Shown here in pieces: positions 61,341-64,000 of a DNA stretch of 64,000 bases; within the stretch, counting starts at the first letter, position 1, and each line of letters begins with the position of its first letter. The position numbers were made by a program, and so were the translations under genes. This stretch comes from Chloroflexota bacterium. GTDB lineage: Bacteria; Chloroflexota; UBA11872. The notes below the pieces were generated by a model. The model was not told where the DNA came from and searched no databases. It saw only the letters and a program-made list of their open reading frames with translations. The stretch covers positions 1,974,525 through 2,038,524 of the forward strand of contig CBDEVI010000002.1 of assembly GCA_965243625.1 (NCBI GenBank). Reading direction: 5' to 3'.

Positions 61341-64000
61341 TCATCGCCGCCACCACCGGCGCGGCACCGGCGCCCATCCAATCACGATCATGCTGAAGAG
61401 AACGACGAGGTTCGTCATCAAGATCCAAAAGTAGCCCGTGTTCGGCGTGAACGTCACGATCACTTCATCGCCGGGGGCCAGGTTCGCGAACCAGCCGTTG
61501 AAATGCCCGTCGAGCACCACGTGGCGCTCATCGCTCACTTGCTTCCCGTTGACCTGCAATACCCAGCGTGGGTCGAAGCGCTCGTCCAGCCGCACCAGCC
61601 GTTCCCCCGCCTCCCCCGAATACTCTCCCGAGAGCCAGCCGCGTTCGTTACCCGTGAGGGTAAGCGCTCCACCTTCGGCGGTGGTTCGCTGTCCCTCCTG
61701 CGCGAGGATCACGGACAGGCCATGCGGCAACGGCGACACCTCCACCCGCAGCAACTCGAACCGGAGACCCGGCAGTCCCTTGCGGATGTGGGCGACATCG
61801 AGCGTCGCAACAGATGCCCCGGGATCAAGCGGGACCTCGACCCGCACCTCCCGGCCGACCTGATAGGCCTCTTCGCGCTGAAGCGTGTAGGTGATGTTTG
61901 GATACAGCTGTTCGCCGATCAGGTGGACGCCGTCGACTCCGGTGTCAACCCGGCCGACAAAGGCAACGGTTCGGCCGTCGGCGGGCACGGTGGCTTCCAC
62001 GCGCACCGAGCCTTCGCACACCGCCGACTCACACGGCTGGAAGCCCTCCGCCGTCAGCGGTTGGTGGGTGACGCTGACAACCGGCTCGGGCGGCGGCGAG
62101 CCCCGCAGCACCAGCCGGTGCGGACCCGCATCGAGTTTGACCACCCCGGTGAGAATGTCGAAGCCGGCCTCGGTCGTGGCGCGCTCCAGCGGCAGCGGCG
62201 CACCGTCGATGGTGAGCGTCGGCTCGAGACCAGGGTGGGCGGCGAGGCGCACCGAATACGTGCCGGAGCGGGCCAGGCGGAAGTCACGTTCGCCGCCGGT
62301 GGTCCCAAGGTCCGACAGCACGGTGTAGACCGGCAGCCGGCCAAGCGCCCGCTCCCCCGCCCGCTCGGCAGCTTCGGTTTCCGCCGACGTGAGCAGCCCG
62401 AGTTGCGAAATCGCATTGAGGCCAAGACCGTCGGTTCTGATCTCCACGGCGTGCTGGCCCGCGCCGCTCGTCGGCGCCTCCACCCGCGTCCAGCGATAGC
62501 CGTATCCCGCCGCCTCCCGCGTTTCAATCCGTGCTATGAACTGACCGTTGAGCGAAACCTCGAGGGCGCTTCCCTCGGGGCTCACGAAGTGGCGGATCCA
62601 TAGCTCCCTGGTCGCTCCCGACGTGTCCACGGTGACCGTCATCGCCACACCGTCGGCGCGCGTCAGGAGCCCGCGCGTCATGTCCGCGATCTCGGGATCG
62701 GCATACCACCAGGCGTTCTTGTAGGGGGCCACCCAGTCCAACGTGGCGTCGGGAAGCTCGGGCCACACCTGATCCGCCGGACTCACCAGCGCGCCCGCCG
62801 GCAGATAGTTGGCTGCCAGGTCCAGCGGATCCGCTCCGAGCCAAACCTCGGAGGCGGCGTGCACGGCGCCTCCCGGAGCACCATCAATGCCCGCCACGCC
62901 CAGTTGGCCGCTGGCGGTGGTGACCTTGGCCGGGTCGTCGAACATGTGCCAGGCGGTGACGAGCGGGCGCAACGACGGCGATCCGACGAGAATCCGCTCG
63001 GGAAGGCCCAGGCGTTGCGACGGGGGCGTCGTGACCTCAAAAAGCTCAACCTGGCCCTCTGATTGGTCATCGAGTCGACGCAGGCCCGGTTGTTGCGCCA
63101 GCGCCAGGCGCGGGCGCGGCTGGCGCTCTTGCGCGGCCAGCCACGGCTCACCGGTTGCCTGGATGAAGCCGGCGTGCGCACTCACCCAGTGCGGGTCGAG
63201 CATGACGTTTCGAAATCGCCCGAAGGCAAGCAGCCGGTCGACGGGATATCGATTGGGACCGTACAGCCCCTGATTGAGCGCGGCGATATACGGGCCGTTG
63301 AGCGTTGAAGACGCCCCGCCCCAAATCGATTGCTTGGGCGGCTGCACTACGGGCGGGGGATTCCCCTGGCTGGAGTTTTGTCCCGTGCGGCTCTCGTAGC
63401 TGCTCGGCCAGAACATCGGCAGGTGGACCATGCGGTCGTTGTGGGGGATCGCCCGCAGGTTGTCGACGACCGCAACAGTGTCGGCATCGAACCGATAGGT
63501 CCGCAGGTGACCCGCGAGGTCCCCGCTCCAGAACGGGAGCGTGCTGCCGGCGACGACGGCGCCCGCGAAGACGTAGGCGGCGGTCCGTCGCATGGCCGGT
63601 GGCCGCGCCACGAGGTGGGCAACCGTTTGCCCCACCAGCAGAGCCAGTAGCAGTCCGGCTCCAGCCGTGAGGTAGCGGATGTTTCGGAAGAGTGCGCCAA
63701 ACAGCGTGGCGTCCACCCCATCCTGAATGACGGAGAGCGGTTCGTGGAACCCCTTGCCAATCAGCGCCAGCGCCAGGAATCCAAGCAGGCCCACCACCGC
63801 CTGCTTTCGGGCCGGTCCGCGCAGCAGGACCGGGGCCACAAGCGCCAGGCCGGTCAGCATGCCGCGAGCGACGAGCCGGACGCCGCTGACCGGAGCCAGA
63901 GGACCCACCGGATCTTGCGAGTAGTTGTAGGGCGCGCCGGTCAGCGTCAGCGCCTCGGCGAACGTCGGCGAGGCGCCCTTAATCCACTGCGCGGCGGCTT
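61341..64000 (-). CDS. large membrane-anchored protein, probable GT-C-like glycosyltransferase/surface glycan enzyme (5' end beyond the window)
   Basis: The frame is open to the window edge (...AAAQWIKGASPTFAEALTLTGAPYNYSQDPV...). TM helices, then a soluble domain of about 600 aa. Same paralog group as 45267 and 51829. Confidence 0.5.
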   Translation of the reverse strand, partial: AAAQWIKGASPTFAEALTLTGAPYNYSQDPVGPLAPVSGVRLVARGMLTGLALVAPVLLRGPARKQAVVGLLGFLALALIGKGFHEPLSVIQDGVDATLFGALFRNIRYLTAGAGLLLALLVGQTVAHLVARPPAMRRTAAYVFAGAVVAGSTLPFWSGDLAGHLRTYRFDADTVAVVDNLRAIPHNDRMVHLPMFWPSSYESRTGQNSSQGNPPPVVQPPKQSIWGGASSTLNGPYIAALNQGLYGPNRYPVDRLLAFGRFRNVMLDPHWVSAHAGFIQATGEPWLAAQERQPRPRLALAQQPGLRRLDDQSEGQVELFEVTTPPSQRLGLPERILVGSPSLRPLVTAWHMFDDPAKVTTASGQLGVAGIDGAPGGAVHAASEVWLGADPLDLAANYLPAGALVSPADQVWPELPDATLDWVAPYKNAWWYADPEIADMTRGLLTRADGVAMTVTVDTSGATRELWIRHFVSPEGSALEVSLNGQFIARIETREAAGYGYRWTRVEAPTSGAGQHAVEIRTDGLGLNAISQLGLLTSAETEAAERAGERALGRLPVYTVLSDLGTTGGERDFRLARSGTYSVRLAAHPGLEPTLTIDGAPLPLERATTEAGFDILTGVVKLDAGPHRLVLRGSPPPEPVVSVTHQPLTAEGFQPCESAVCEGSVRVEATVPADGRTVAFVGRVDTGVDGVHLIGEQLYPNITYTLQREEAYQVGREVRVEVPLDPGASVATLDVAHIRKGLPGLRFELLRVEVSPLPHGLSVILAQEGQRTTAEGGALTLTGNERGWLSGEYSGEAGERLVRLDERFDPRWVLQVNGKQVSDERHVVLDGHFNGWFANLAPGDEVIVTFTPNTGYFWILMTNLVVLFSMIVIGWAPVPRRWWRR

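Noticed and set aside
1-64000. Search for tRNA, rRNA and CRISPR arrays
   Set aside because: There are no cloverleaf-compatible 70-90-nt segments with a T-loop GTTCRANYC consensus, no rRNA-like stretches, and no regularly spaced direct repeats of 25-40 bp with unique spacers. The regular repeats present are palindromic REP-like units and coding PT repeats.

Overview
This is a high-GC window (about 68-70% GC) from a chromosome that looks Chloroflexi- or actinobacteria-like. Most of it is chromosomal gene content that I annotated directly from the ORF translations.

1. Positions 1-4850 hold a redox/cytochrome module: two c-type cytochrome lipoproteins (CxxCH) flank two tandem TlpA/ResA-like thiol:disulfide oxidoreductase lipoproteins. 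In each of these the first cysteine of the WCxxC motif is replaced by an in-frame TGA followed by a conserved hairpin, so I read them as selenoproteins (UxxC).

2. Positions 22142-29517 hold a tightly coupled two-gene cassette. The first gene is a 1371-aa BREX-PglX/Eco57I-like gamma-class N6-adenine methyltransferase. The second is a 1087-aa fusion of a PLD (HKD) nuclease to an SNF2/DEAH helicase. This is a DISARM- or Type III-like candidate restriction/defence system that lacks the other canonical DISARM/BREX partners. I think it is the most likely 'undescribed system' in the window.

3. Positions 13000-16600 form a lower-GC island. It carries an IS1595-family transposase, a retropepsin-like aspartic protease with a small overlapping partner gene, and four small translationally coupled orphan genes.

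4. Positions 45267-64000 are a surface-glycan cluster. It contains three giant GT-C-like polytopic membrane proteins, two of them each followed by a paralogous small membrane protein, plus a GT2, two GT4, a SAM-dependent methyltransferase and two tandem carbamoyltransferases.

Other content includes five PhyH-family dioxygenase paralogs, a beta-carbonic anhydrase next to a SulP/STAS transporter, a VapBC toxin-antitoxin pair, and many oxidoreductases and hydrolases.

Intergenic regions carry an abundant composite REP/MITE-like repeat family (GGATTCCCGCCTTCGCGGGAATGAC plus CCCTCTCCC...GGGAGAGGG modules, at least 10 copies). There are also a long inverted-repeat hairpin family and GGGCGGGT...ACCCGCCCCTACC hairpins.

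I found no rRNA, tRNA or CRISPR array. Many long ORFs antisense to genuine genes are GC artefacts and were rejected. All homology calls come from recognised motifs, not from database searches.
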